Source of the DNA: a virus
IMG/VR virus record: IMGVR_UViG_3300045988_114464
Coordinates: 49,687 to 113,686 of that record
Reading direction: 5' to 3' (one strand)
Length of the DNA stretch: 64,000 bases
How positions within the stretch are numbered: position 1 is the first letter of the stretch; each line of letters starts with the position of its first letter. The notes beneath the pieces were generated by a model that saw only the letters and a program-made list of their open reading frames with translations, searched no databases and was not told where the DNA came from. Positions 17,686 to 27,301 of the stretch are shown one piece after another. Both the position numbers and the translations under genes were made by a program.

Positions 17686-19671
17686 ATGCCAGTAACACTT
17701 GCACAATTTCAAACTTCTGTTCAATCGGTTCAATCTCGTTTTATTAAGGTTGAATTGTTGAATTATCAATTTCAAACTGTAGATGAAATATCAGGAGTTT
17801 GTACTTCTGGTAGCATATCTATTGATTCTACTGCTGATGTGCGAAGAACAGCGAGTATTGTTCTTGCGGTAAAAGATACCAGTTTTGAAGTAGCCAGTGG
17901 CGCAAGAGTATGGCTTGATAAATATATTCGTTTACTTGTCGGTACACAATCAATGCGAACTGGCGAGATTGAATATGTAAATTGTGGCATTTATATTATT
18001 GACGCTCCAAGCTATGAATATGCGCCAGAAACTAATACAGTATCATTTAGTTTGCTTGACCTTATGGCAAAATTGACTGGTACACGAAATGGTTATTTGA
18101 AGGGTGTTCCTGTTGTGCTTAAAGCTGGTGAAAACATTCGTCAGACAATCATTGATACATTGGCTTTAGGTGGGTTTACACAATATGTTGTTGAAGAAGC
18201 ACCATTTCCAAGTGTAATTCCTACAGACCTTGAATTTAGTCAAGGCGCAACTGTATATGATTTGTTGTCAGGACTAAGGGATATATACCCATATTATGAG
18301 ATATATTTTGATGTAAATGGTACGTTCTTTTATAAGCGTAAGCCAACTGGCGAAAACGACCCAGTTGTTGTTGATGATACTACGTTTATTCCAATCGTTA
18401 CCAATGAAAAGATTGAAGTTGACTTCCAAAACGTAAAGAATAGCATTGAGGTATGGGGGCGAACCCATGACCCAGCGCATTATTCTGATACTGCGGAAGT
18501 TACTGACAATACTATTAAGCTAACCATTGAAGATGTAACAACCTATACCGAAAATGTGGTATACGGTTTTACAATGAAAAATAATAAGGGTTTAACTGCG
18601 CCAAAGCTAAAAATCAATGACCTTGCTGTATTGCCGATTAAGAATGATGATGGTACTGACACCAATATCGTTGCCGAAGAAGGCGATGTTTATTTTTGTG
18701 TTCAGTATAAAACAACTTATTGGCGATGGCTTGGACATTTGCAAGCATATGGTTTCGCTGAAGATACAAATGAAAAAAGTCCTTATTATGTAAATGGCTC
18801 AGTAGGGCGTATTCGATTGCCACTGTATGATGATGATTATGCAAATTGTCTAACAGATGATTTGGCACTACAACGCGCTAAATATGAGTTATGGCTTCAC
18901 ACCAATCTGAATGATACTGTAACATTAAGTTGTGTTCCTGTATATTGGCTTGACGTTAATATGCTTGTTGAATACACATTGAATCGCAATGGCGAAAAAC
19001 GTAAGTATCTTATCACTTCAATTCAGCAAGGTCTTGCTCCAACAGATGACATGACTATTACTATGGCAAGATACTATGGTGAAAATGAAGCTGATACAGA
19101 TTATGAGTTGCTTGAATATATTGAATCTGATGGCGACCAATGGATTGATGTTGGGTTCAATCCAAAGCAAGATACTCGTGTTTACGCCAAAGTTAGTCAA
19201 TATCCAAACGCCAAGGAAGGCGCATTGTTTGGCGCTCGTGATTCTGCGGATGGCACAGTACATTATACATTCCGTACCAATGACAAAAAGTATCGTACAG
19301 AATATGCCAATGTTTACGCTGAATTTGCTACAGAAGTAAATTTTGAAGAACCGTTTACAGTGGATAAAGATGATAATGTAACCACTCTGAATACAGATAA
19401 AACGGTTACAATTGCATACACTGGTACATTCACTTGTGCCAATAGTTTGTATATATTCGCTTGTAATACTGGTGGGAAAGCCGACCTAAAGACTAAGGGT
19501 GTTAGAATCCATAGTCTTGTTATTTATGATGATGATAACGCTGTACGCAATCTTATTCCTGCTCGTCACAAAGAAACTGGCGAAATTGGTATGTACGATG
19601 GCGTAGAGTTAAAATTTTACAAAAATGCTGGTACTGGCAAGTTTATTGCTGGTAAGGCAAAAGGAAATTAA
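17686..19671 (+). CDS. tail hub / tail-associated protein with C-terminal putative receptor-binding domain
   Basis: 661 aa; RBS aaggagg. The N-terminus SGSISIDSTADVRRTASIVL resembles the N-termini of prophage tail proteins. The C-terminal domain starts YELLEYIESDGDQWIDVGFN. Confidence 0.45.
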   Translation: MPVTLAQFQTSVQSVQSRFIKVELLNYQFQTVDEISGVCTSGSISIDSTADVRRTASIVLAVKDTSFEVASGARVWLDKYIRLLVGTQSMRTGEIEYVNCGIYIIDAPSYEYAPETNTVSFSLLDLMAKLTGTRNGYLKGVPVVLKAGENIRQTIIDTLALGGFTQYVVEEAPFPSVIPTDLEFSQGATVYDLLSGLRDIYPYYEIYFDVNGTFFYKRKPTGENDPVVVDDTTFIPIVTNEKIEVDFQNVKNSIEVWGRTHDPAHYSDTAEVTDNTIKLTIEDVTTYTENVVYGFTMKNNKGLTAPKLKINDLAVLPIKNDDGTDTNIVAEEGDVYFCVQYKTTYWRWLGHLQAYGFAEDTNEKSPYYVNGSVGRIRLPLYDDDYANCLTDDLALQRAKYELWLHTNLNDTVTLSCVPVYWLDVNMLVEYTLNRNGEKRKYLITSIQQGLAPTDDMTITMARYYGENEADTDYELLEYIESDGDQWIDVGFNPKQDTRVYAKVSQYPNAKEGALFGARDSADGTVHYTFRTNDKKYRTEYANVYAEFATEVNFEEPFTVDKDDNVTTLNTDKTVTIAYTGTFTCANSLYIFACNTGGKADLKTKGVRIHSLVIYDDDNAVRNLIPARHKETGEIGMYDGVELKFYKNAGTGKFIAGKAKGN

Positions 19672-19688
19672 AGGAAAGGAGTGGTTAT

Positions 19689-20534
19689 TTGTCAACACGT
19701 TATAACGATTTATCTTTGACTTCGTTTCCTGATTCAGTAGACGTATTTAAGACATTTTTGAATATTGAAGCAAGAGATGGTACAGCTATCAAGGGCTATA
19801 CTGATGCTATGCAAGCTGGCGACCAAGTATTAGCAAATCAATATCTTGCACAGATTTCTTCTGCATCGCAAAAGATTATTCAAGCGACTGACTTAAATAA
19901 ATTAACAGAAGCTATTCTTGCGATTGAGCGTTTCTATTCTACAGATATTAACGATGATATTGAACAACGTCAAATTGCGTGGAAAGCATTGATTGATAAT
20001 TTTAGCTATATTAGTGAATGGGCTTCTGGCACACCATACAAAAAGAACAATCTTGTTTCATATACAGTTGGAACTAAGACAAATATCTATATTGCTATTG
20101 CTGATACTCCCGCTGATATTGCTCCTACAAATGGCAATTATTGGCGAGTAATGACGCAGAGAGGTAAGCAAGGCGTATCTGGTGTGGGTTTGGCTTACCG
20201 TGCGGAGTGGAACGCAAGCGAAGATTATCAGAAGGATAATGCAGTTACTTACGATGGTGCTCTTTGGCAATCTTTAGCGACAAACACTAATATTAAGCCC
20301 GGCACAAATGACAGTATTTGGAAGTTGGTTATGCCGTATAGCGTTACTGTATATCCAATTCAAGATACTGAGCCAAGTAATCAGAGCGAAGGTGAACTTT
20401 GGTTTGATACCACTGGCAATCCAACCAAATATTACAAACTTGAGCCACTTATCAATCCTGCAAGCGCATCTAATATTACCGCTGGCTTTGAAGCGTATGA
20501 TGGTCAAGGTAACTTGATTGTAGGCACAGCGTAA
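19689..20534 (+). CDS. tail fibre protein with carbohydrate-binding-like repeats
   Basis: TTG start after aaaggag. Repeats of type Y..N..V.Y.G..W......N....P......W. Confidence 0.5.
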   Translation: MSTRYNDLSLTSFPDSVDVFKTFLNIEARDGTAIKGYTDAMQAGDQVLANQYLAQISSASQKIIQATDLNKLTEAILAIERFYSTDINDDIEQRQIAWKALIDNFSYISEWASGTPYKKNNLVSYTVGTKTNIYIAIADTPADIAPTNGNYWRVMTQRGKQGVSGVGLAYRAEWNASEDYQKDNAVTYDGALWQSLATNTNIKPGTNDSIWKLVMPYSVTVYPIQDTEPSNQSEGELWFDTTGNPTKYYKLEPLINPASASNITAGFEAYDGQGNLIVGTA

Positions 20535-20545
20535 GGAGGGTTATT

Positions 20546-21607
20546 ATGGCGAATCCTAATAGCCTTTTTTCGTGGCTAAAATATCAAGATATTCAAATTG
20601 CTGATATAGCGTTACGAACGCAATTTGAATCTTATATGAGTGTAGGTAATTATAGTCAAGCGTTACGTTTACTTTCCGATAATCAATCACAACTTCAAGG
20701 CAAGGCATGGATTGGTGACAGTATTAACACGCTTATCAATGGAATTATAACGCTTGAAAGTTTGTACAATGACAATGTAATTAAGTTTTTGTCCGATTTG
20801 TCAGAAACTTTACAAAATCTTGTAGACAATTATCGTAATGTCGGTACATGGATTGTTGGCAATGAATATAAGGAACTGAACTTTGTTGCTTATGACAATG
20901 AAATGTATATGGCGTTGCAAGATGTTCCTGCAAATACGCCTATTACCGATACTAATTATTGGTTATATGTTGGCTTGCGTGGAGAACAAGGTGTAGCTGG
21001 CGTAAATGTTCGTCAGCAGTACGATTATTCTTTTGGCAAAGCATATAACACTAACGACCTTGTTGTTTATCAAGGACAGATATATGTCGCGTTAAAAAGC
21101 AACACTAATGTTCTTCCTACAAATAGTGATACTTGGTTGTTGTACGAACGAGTAGTTAAAGCCAATATTTATGTAAATAATGTCGCGCCAACTGAAGAAC
21201 TAATCAACGGCAAAATTTGGTTCAAAACGCAATCTGACCCCTATACACATCTTGCCGATACACCGATTATTGGCACATTTATGATGTATCAAAATGGTAC
21301 TTGGGAAGAAATGTACCCTGATACCATCTTTGATTGGGTAGAAGATAAAGACCAATATAGAGAAGTCGGGTTTGAGTTTCAAGTTACAATTCAAACAAAC
21401 GAATGGAATAATTTGTCAGTTGATATTAGCAATAGTCATATTACTATTGATTCTATTGTAAATATAATGCCACAATCTAATATGAGCAACACGCAATGGG
21501 TTGAGTACAATAAACTTGAATCTGTTACCGTTGCCAATGGCAAAATTACAATTATGGCTAACTCACAAATTACACAAAGTTTGCCGATAAAAATTTTAGT
21601 AAGATAA
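20546..21607 (+). CDS. tail fibre protein with carbohydrate-binding-like repeats (paralogous core to 19689-20534)
   Basis: RBS aaggagg. Shares the NYW...RG.QG.(S/A)GV block and the following repeats with the previous gene. Confidence 0.5.
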   Translation: MANPNSLFSWLKYQDIQIADIALRTQFESYMSVGNYSQALRLLSDNQSQLQGKAWIGDSINTLINGIITLESLYNDNVIKFLSDLSETLQNLVDNYRNVGTWIVGNEYKELNFVAYDNEMYMALQDVPANTPITDTNYWLYVGLRGEQGVAGVNVRQQYDYSFGKAYNTNDLVVYQGQIYVALKSNTNVLPTNSDTWLLYERVVKANIYVNNVAPTEELINGKIWFKTQSDPYTHLADTPIIGTFMMYQNGTWEEMYPDTIFDWVEDKDQYREVGFEFQVTIQTNEWNNLSVDISNSHITIDSIVNIMPQSNMSNTQWVEYNKLESVTVANGKITIMANSQITQSLPIKILVR

Positions 21608-21619
21608 GGAGGGAGTAAG

Positions 21620-21967
21620 TTGATAGAATTTCGTCTTTCTGCAAAACAAAATAATACCTATCTTGACTTGTTCCCTCGCACTACTGTCAATGCTATTACC
21701 AATGATGAGCATATTCGGGGAACGCAAGTTCTTGAAGTAGACGTACCTGCTACAACCGAAACAATTCAGACGATTACTATTCAGACAAATAATCGTATTG
21801 TAGACGCGCCATTTGAAGTTCATTATGTTAGTGGTGATAAGAATAGCTACAACACTATTAGTCAAATAGAAGTTAACGAGAACGTGCTTACTATTTATCA
21901 TATTCATAATAAGCCAGAAGCCAGTGTTAAAATCGCCTTGGTATTCTATACTATGGGGGTAGGTTGA
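21620..21967 (+). CDS. hypothetical tail-module protein
   Basis: TTG start after aaggaggg; 115 aa. Confidence 0.5.
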   Translation: MIEFRLSAKQNNTYLDLFPRTTVNAITNDEHIRGTQVLEVDVPATTETIQTITIQTNNRIVDAPFEVHYVSGDKNSYNTISQIEVNENVLTIYHIHNKPEASVKIALVFYTMGVG

Positions 21968-21968
21968 T

Positions 21969-22337
21969 ATGGCAAATAAAGGTTTTACTATGAAAGTCAA
22001 GACAGCGAATGGGTATGTTAGTCTGTATCCACAAACGCTGTTAGAGAAGATTGACGGTCTGAATATTGGCTCTGTATATAAGCAGATTGTTACTTTGTCA
22101 GCCAATAATTGGCAAGATTTACAACAAACTGTTGATGTTGCAGATATTCTTGAATCAGATACACCTATGGTTAATAAGATTCTTGAAGGAACGATAGAAC
22201 AAATGCGACTTCAAGAAAATGCGTTTAATACACTTGACCCTATTGTGGGGGTTTATTCTTTTGATGGGAAAGTAAGATTTACTTGCAAGACATTGCCGCA
22301 AGTAGATTTTAAGGTACAAATATATTGGACTCGATAA
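21969..22337 (+). CDS. hypothetical tail-module protein
   Basis: 122-aa ORF starting directly after the previous stop. Confidence 0.5.
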   Translation: MANKGFTMKVKTANGYVSLYPQTLLEKIDGLNIGSVYKQIVTLSANNWQDLQQTVDVADILESDTPMVNKILEGTIEQMRLQENAFNTLDPIVGVYSFDGKVRFTCKTLPQVDFKVQIYWTR

Positions 22338-22354
22338 AGAAAGGAGTGTGAAAA

Positions 22355-23071
22355 ATGCCAGATTATATTAAAGCCCCAGACGGTGCGTATCTATTCAGAG
22401 CCAGTGAAGTCGAAATTATCAAGGATGAGTTGGGTAGACCTATTGTAATATTTAAGTCTGCTGGTACAACTGCTGTTAAATCAGTAAATGGTAAAACAGG
22501 TGATGTTCAGATTTCTTGTGAAGATGTTCATGCTTTGCCAAATACTACTCAGTATGTAACGCCAGATAATCTCAAGATTCTTGAAGATACTGTTCAAGCC
22601 TTGAATAGTGAAGTTGGAGATTGCGAAAAGAAATTAGACGGCTTCAATATTCGTGTGACTGATGTTGAAGGTGCTATCGCTTCTAAGCTGACGTTGACAG
22701 GTGGTACAATGTTGGGTAATATTGACATGAATGAACACGCTTTGATTAACGCACAAAAAATTCATGTTGATGGTACTACACCTGTGTTCATTGGTTCAGT
22801 TATTGAAAAAACTGACGAGGGTGTAAGACTAACCAGCACTACAGAAGGTGAAGCCGCATTTGTTAAGCCAAATACTCAGAACACTTATGTTCCTGTGTTT
22901 GGTGGTGCTCCAACAAATGCAAGCCACTTAACAACCAAAACATACGTTGATAACGAAATTAGCAACATGGAATCCAAGATGGACGGACTTGTGCCATCTT
23001 TTACCACTGATATGGAAGGCTATGTCCTCACTATTAAAAATGGTGTACCGACTTGGGTTCAACCATCTTAA
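22355..23071 (+). CDS. tail fibre protein
   Basis: RBS aaaggag. Contains the SVNGKTGDVQISCEDVHALP motif common in phage fibres. Confidence 0.55.
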   Translation: MPDYIKAPDGAYLFRASEVEIIKDELGRPIVIFKSAGTTAVKSVNGKTGDVQISCEDVHALPNTTQYVTPDNLKILEDTVQALNSEVGDCEKKLDGFNIRVTDVEGAIASKLTLTGGTMLGNIDMNEHALINAQKIHVDGTTPVFIGSVIEKTDEGVRLTSTTEGEAAFVKPNTQNTYVPVFGGAPTNASHLTTKTYVDNEISNMESKMDGLVPSFTTDMEGYVLTIKNGVPTWVQPS

Positions 23072-23087
23072 TTAAAGGAGAGATTTC

Positions 23088-23288
23088 ATGCCGAAGAAAC
23101 CTATAATGGCTCCTGATGGTGGCTATCTGCTCGATGGCGATGATTTTGTTATCACTAAAGACGAGTTGGGTAGACCAGTTATCAGTGTAGTAGGTGGGGC
23201 TACGGGAGAAGTCAAAAAGATTGTAGAAGAACACAATGACGACCCGAACGCCCACGAAAAGATTGACCTCGATGGTGGCGAGTTGTAA
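23088..23288 (+). CDS. small protein sharing its N-terminus with the preceding fibre protein
   Basis: RBS aaaggag. APDGGYLL...ITKDELGRPVI parallels APDGAYLF...IIKDELGRPIV of 22355-23071. Confidence 0.5.
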   Translation: MPKKPIMAPDGGYLLDGDDFVITKDELGRPVISVVGGATGEVKKIVEEHNDDPNAHEKIDLDGGEL

Positions 23289-23308
23289 TTCCACCAAAAG
23301 TATGCAAA

Positions 23309-23350
23309 ATATGAGGATAACCTCATATAAATAAAAAATATATTTTTTAT
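23309..23350 (+). promoter_or_regulatory. 8-bp hairpin followed by a perfect 20-nt AT palindrome upstream of the fibre gene
   Basis: atatgagg-ataa-cctcatat (23309-23328), then ATAAAAAATATATTTTTTAT (23331-23350). Confidence 0.4.
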
Positions 23351-23368
23351 AAAAGGAGATTTTTTATT

Positions 23369-25003
23369 ATGGCTATTATTCAAATTAAGAGAACTTCTGA
23401 ACTTGCCAAGATTACTGCCGCACAGCTAAAGGCTGGCGAACTTGCTGTCGTACTGGGTACTGGCGCTGACGCTGGTAAGCTGTATGTCGGTGTTGACGGC
23501 GTAGCTGGCACTGCCATTCCTGTAAAGGCTTCTGGTGCTGACATTGCTAATAAGCTGGCAAACGCTCAGAACTTCTCTATTAAAGGTGACGTAACTGCTA
23601 CTCCTGTTGCATTTGATGGCACTGGTGCTGTTGCGCTACAAGCTGTTATTGCTAATAAGGCTGTAACCAAGGCAAAGCTGGCTGACGAAGTTACCGCTTC
23701 TCTTGATAAGGCTGATTCTGCTGTACAAGAAGTTATTACTGGTAAGACCAACGGTACTATCAGCGTTGATGGTACTGACGTAGCAGTATTTGGTCTTGGC
23801 GATGCGGCATACAAGACTGCTAAGTATTTTGAAGATGACGCTCAAACCAAGGCTGACGCTGTTAAGAATGCAGTAGTCAACACTATCACTGCTGGCAATG
23901 GCGTTGCTGTAACTGGTACTGCTACCAAAAAGACCGTTGCAGTTGTTGTTGACCCAACTTCTGATGAGCATCTAACTGTTGGTGCTGATGGTCTAAAGCT
24001 AACTCTACCTGCCGCTGATGAGTATAGCGTTGTTAAGGATGCTGATGCAGGTGAGTTCTCTGCTGTTTACCACCTAACCAAGAATGGTGCTAACGTTGGT
24101 GTGGCAATCAACATTCCTAAGGACTTGTTCGTTAAGTCTGGTGAAGTTGTTGTAAATCCAGAAGGTCAACTTGCTGGCACTTACATTAAGCTGACCCTAC
24201 AGAACCAAGAAGCACCTCTCTACATCAACGTTGCTACTCTAATTGACGCTTACACTGGTGTTGATGGCACTGAGATTACCGTTGCTGTATCCGAGGACAA
24301 CAAGATTTCCGCAGTTATCAAGGATGGTACTATTGCTCTTGGCAAGCTGGCTCAAGGTGTACAAGACTCTATCGCCAAGGCTGATACCGCACTACAGAAG
24401 GCTGACATTGCAGAAGGTGCTACCAACGGCACTATCGCTGTAAAGGGTACTGACATTGCTGTACACGGTCTAAAGGACGCGGCTTACTCTACTGTTGCTG
24501 ACCTAAACAAGCACGCTGATGACGCTGTTGACGCTCTAAAGGGTACTGAAGCTGACGCTACTACCGCTATCACTGTTTACGGTGCTCGTGCTCTGGCACA
24601 AAAGGGTGTAGACGATGCCGCTACTGCAAAGGCTGAAGCCGACAAGAAGGTTGCTTCTGTAACCGCTGAAGATAAGTCTATCGTTGTTGGCGGTACTGCT
24701 ACTGCTCCAACTGTTAAGGTTGGTGTATCTACCACCGAAGGCAACGCTCTGACTCTGGACACTAACGGTCTGTTCGTAGCTACTCCTTCTTCTATGGCGG
24801 CTGGCAACGGTATTACCATTGAAGGTAACACTGTATTTGCAAAGGTAGTTGCCGCTAACGGTCTATCTGTTGACGCTTCTGGTATCAAGATGGCTCTTGG
24901 CTCTGCTACCACTGCTGGTGCTGTTAAGGGTTCTTCTGAGATTGCTATTGGTGCTGACGGTGCTATGACCGTAGCTGTAATCGATGCAGGTTCTCTCGAC
25001 TAA
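23369..25003 (+). CDS. Ala/Thr-rich repetitive fibre protein
   Basis: The N-terminus IIQIKRTSELA...LKAGELAV...KLYVGVDG resembles fibre N-terminal domains. Internal repeats TNGTI.V.GTD.AV.GL.DAAY. Strong codon bias. Confidence 0.55.
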   Translation: MAIIQIKRTSELAKITAAQLKAGELAVVLGTGADAGKLYVGVDGVAGTAIPVKASGADIANKLANAQNFSIKGDVTATPVAFDGTGAVALQAVIANKAVTKAKLADEVTASLDKADSAVQEVITGKTNGTISVDGTDVAVFGLGDAAYKTAKYFEDDAQTKADAVKNAVVNTITAGNGVAVTGTATKKTVAVVVDPTSDEHLTVGADGLKLTLPAADEYSVVKDADAGEFSAVYHLTKNGANVGVAINIPKDLFVKSGEVVVNPEGQLAGTYIKLTLQNQEAPLYINVATLIDAYTGVDGTEITVAVSEDNKISAVIKDGTIALGKLAQGVQDSIAKADTALQKADIAEGATNGTIAVKGTDIAVHGLKDAAYSTVADLNKHADDAVDALKGTEADATTAITVYGARALAQKGVDDAATAKAEADKKVASVTAEDKSIVVGGTATAPTVKVGVSTTEGNALTLDTNGLFVATPSSMAAGNGITIEGNTVFAKVVAANGLSVDASGIKMALGSATTAGAVKGSSEIAIGADGAMTVAVIDAGSLD

Positions 25004-25021
25004 TTTTAGTCAAAATTCCTA

Positions 25022-25050
25022 TTGACATTTCACAAATAGTGTGATACAAT
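25022..25050 (+). promoter_or_regulatory. sigma-A type promoter abutting a terminator hairpin
   Basis: TTGACA, 17-nt spacer (tttcacAAATAGtgTGa), then TACAAT. Confidence 0.55.
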
Positions 25051-25052
25051 TA

Positions 25053-25087
25053 AGGGAGAGGGGAAATATCCTCTCTCCCTATTTTTT
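25053..25087 (+). terminator. rho-independent terminator after the fibre gene
   Basis: 11-bp stem agggagagggg/cctctctccct, 6-nt loop, then aTTTTTT. Confidence 0.75.
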
Positions 25088-25111
25088 ACGAAAAGGAGGT
25101 TTGAGTCAGAG

Positions 25112-25768
25112 ATGCGAATAATTCTGAACGGTCGTGACGTATCATATATTAACAATGACCGTGTTGTTGGCTTTGAAACAGACAACGATGTGAACGAGTT
25201 CATTTGCGTTGTAGAAGATTCTATACCTACGCCAGCTTGGGGATATAAACTTGATGTTAAAGCCAAATTGGGTGACAAGACATTCTACAACACAATTAAC
25301 TTGACCAAGAGTAAAGACGCAGATAATGAGTATAGTGTTTTGCTTGGGGCGAATATGTTACCGCAAGGTAAATGTTTATGTAATATTCGCCGTATTTCGG
25401 GCAAAAAGGTTTATAACTCAGATGTGTTTGAAATGTGGGTTAAGAAGCCTGTGCTTAGTTATTGTGGCGCATATCAGGAAGATGGATTTATCCCCAGTGA
25501 GTTCTTTCAAATTGAGCAAAGAATGGACGAAATAAATAATCATCCTCCTGTCCCTGACGCAAGTGGATACTGGAAAATTTGGAATGCTGATAAAGGCGAA
25601 TATGAAATTTCAGATATTCCTTCTTCTGGTGGAACAGTATCTTTTATTGCTGGTGACGGTCTTGATATTCAAGATAACAAAATTTCAATTAAAACAGATA
25701 AAAAGTCTATTTCCGTCAATGAAGATAACGAGATTTACGTTAATGGCATTGACGGTGATATTTTGTAA
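25112..25768 (+). CDS. hypothetical tail-module protein
   Basis: 218-aa ORF; RBS aaaggagg. Confidence 0.55.
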   Translation: MRIILNGRDVSYINNDRVVGFETDNDVNEFICVVEDSIPTPAWGYKLDVKAKLGDKTFYNTINLTKSKDADNEYSVLLGANMLPQGKCLCNIRRISGKKVYNSDVFEMWVKKPVLSYCGAYQEDGFIPSEFFQIEQRMDEINNHPPVPDASGYWKIWNADKGEYEISDIPSSGGTVSFIAGDGLDIQDNKISIKTDKKSISVNEDNEIYVNGIDGDIL

Positions 25769-25783
25769 GAAAGGAGATTATTT

Positions 25784-26431
25784 ATGACGAAGAAAATTCA
25801 ACTGCTTCGTGGCAAAGAAGTTAAGCTAAAGTCTGCTACCAATCCTTCTGGTTACGTTCTTTCTGACGCTGAGTTCTTTGTAGATACTACTCAACACAAG
25901 GTTATTGTTGGTGACGCTAACGCTACGCCAGACGGTCGCTTTGCATTGGCTAATGAGTCTGAAGTAAAGGCGGTACAAACCGAAGTTGAGGGTATTGCTC
26001 AAGATGTTGGTGATATTCAGCTTGATTATGCTAAAACCGCAAGTGGTAATACCATTGCTGCTAATAGCGTGGCTGTTGCTAATGGCGAAGGTAAGCTAAC
26101 TGGCGTTACTGGTACTGCGGGTCAATTTATTGGTTTTGACGCTAATGGTGTACCTACTGCACAATCTGTTAGCACTTCTAGCGCTCTTAACAAATCTGCA
26201 ACTGTTACTCTGCCAGTGATAAGTGGCACTACTGCTATTGTTGCTGTAAGCGGTATGGTGGCAAATGCTGACCCATTCTTTGTTATTCCTCAGTGGAGCA
26301 CTCATATGACCGATGAAAAGTCTGCGTGGAATAAGATTGTTAGCGTTGAATCTCAAGCAGGTTCTCTCAAGTTTACTACAAGTGGTAGCACTGCAACTGC
26401 TGTTACTTTTAAGGTCTTTTGGACTGCATAA
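25784..26431 (+). CDS. fibre-like protein
   Basis: RBS aaaggag. The N-terminus KIQLLRGKE...LSDAEFFVDTTQHKVIVGDA resembles fibre N-terminal domains. Confidence 0.5.
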   Translation: MTKKIQLLRGKEVKLKSATNPSGYVLSDAEFFVDTTQHKVIVGDANATPDGRFALANESEVKAVQTEVEGIAQDVGDIQLDYAKTASGNTIAANSVAVANGEGKLTGVTGTAGQFIGFDANGVPTAQSVSTSSALNKSATVTLPVISGTTAIVAVSGMVANADPFFVIPQWSTHMTDEKSAWNKIVSVESQAGSLKFTTSGSTATAVTFKVFWTA

Positions 26432-26434
26432 TAA

Positions 26435-26471
26435 TAGGGAAGATAGTTAATTCTATCTTCCCTATTTTTTT
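26435..26471. terminator. terminator at the convergence point of the two transcription arms
   Basis: 12-bp stem tagggaagatag/ctatcttcccta with a T7 run on the + strand. Lies between the last + gene and the last - gene. Confidence 0.7.
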
Positions 26472-26481
26472 GATTGTTGTT

Positions 26482-27036
26482 TTAGATGGTGCGCAGAGTA
26501 TTTTCAATTTCTGACCAAGACTTGAAAGGATAAAGATTATATTTATTATCTTTATTCCACATCTGACCAAACAAGTAACAAAATCTGCGAGTGCTTGAAG
26601 CCATATTCCATTTGTGAATATTTTCGGCGCAATCATCAATAAGAACGTCACCTTGTACCAGTTCTTTATGCTGTGTGATGACAATATGGTTGTTGAGCCA
26701 ATCTGTAGATACGCCTAAGTTTCGTTTTAGGCAAATCATCTTTTCGGCAAAGGCTGGATTGAATACATTGGACGCTGTGACAAAGTAAACTTCGTGCTCT
26801 CGGTTGAGCCAATCAAAGGCGTTTTTAGCACCGTCAATTAACGATACTTCATCGTGCCAGAATGTGCAATCTTCAAGTTCAGCCCACGGATTGATATTCT
26901 TATATACGCTCTCAAACCAATGATAATGCGTTACGTTTTCAAGAGTATACCTTGTACCGTAACGATTGTTAAGACGCTTGAGTAATGCTTCTTGAGTGTT
27001 AAGCATTACGCCGTCTACATCAATTAAGATTCTCAT
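26482..27036 (-). CDS. 5'(3')-deoxyribonucleotidase, HAD superfamily
   Basis: N-terminal ILIDVDGVM nucleophile motif; length and layout fit the NT5C family. Confidence 0.6.
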   Translation of the reverse strand: MRILIDVDGVMLNTQEALLKRLNNRYGTRYTLENVTHYHWFESVYKNINPWAELEDCTFWHDEVSLIDGAKNAFDWLNREHEVYFVTASNVFNPAFAEKMICLKRNLGVSTDWLNNHIVITQHKELVQGDVLIDDCAENIHKWNMASSTRRFCYLFGQMWNKDNKYNLYPFKSWSEIENTLRTI

Positions 27037-27301
27037 AGAAATGTTACCACCTTTGAACGTTTGCCACGCGAGTTATTGTTTCTTGACTCTAAAAATTCTG
27101 CCATGTAACGCTCTTTTTTGTCGCTTGGTAGAATATTAACAATACAATAGGGGCATGATAAACATTCTGGTATTTTCATTGCGGGCGCACTACAAATGTC
27201 AAAAAGAGTATCGCCTAAAGACTTTCTTTCTTTGTAGCACTTGCGATATTTTCTCCAACGCTTAACACTTCTAAACAGATTACGAAGTCGCATCATCATC
27301 A
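27033..27301 (-). CDS. small basic Cys-rich protein
   Basis: Starts at an ATGATGATG cluster after ggag. Contains CSAPAMKIPECLSCPYC. Confidence 0.45.

Noticed and set aside
21596-22105. 169-aa ORF on the - strand.
   Set aside because: It is antisense to two well-supported + strand tail genes that have RBSs. It has no RBS and a hydrophobic, nonsense-like composition.
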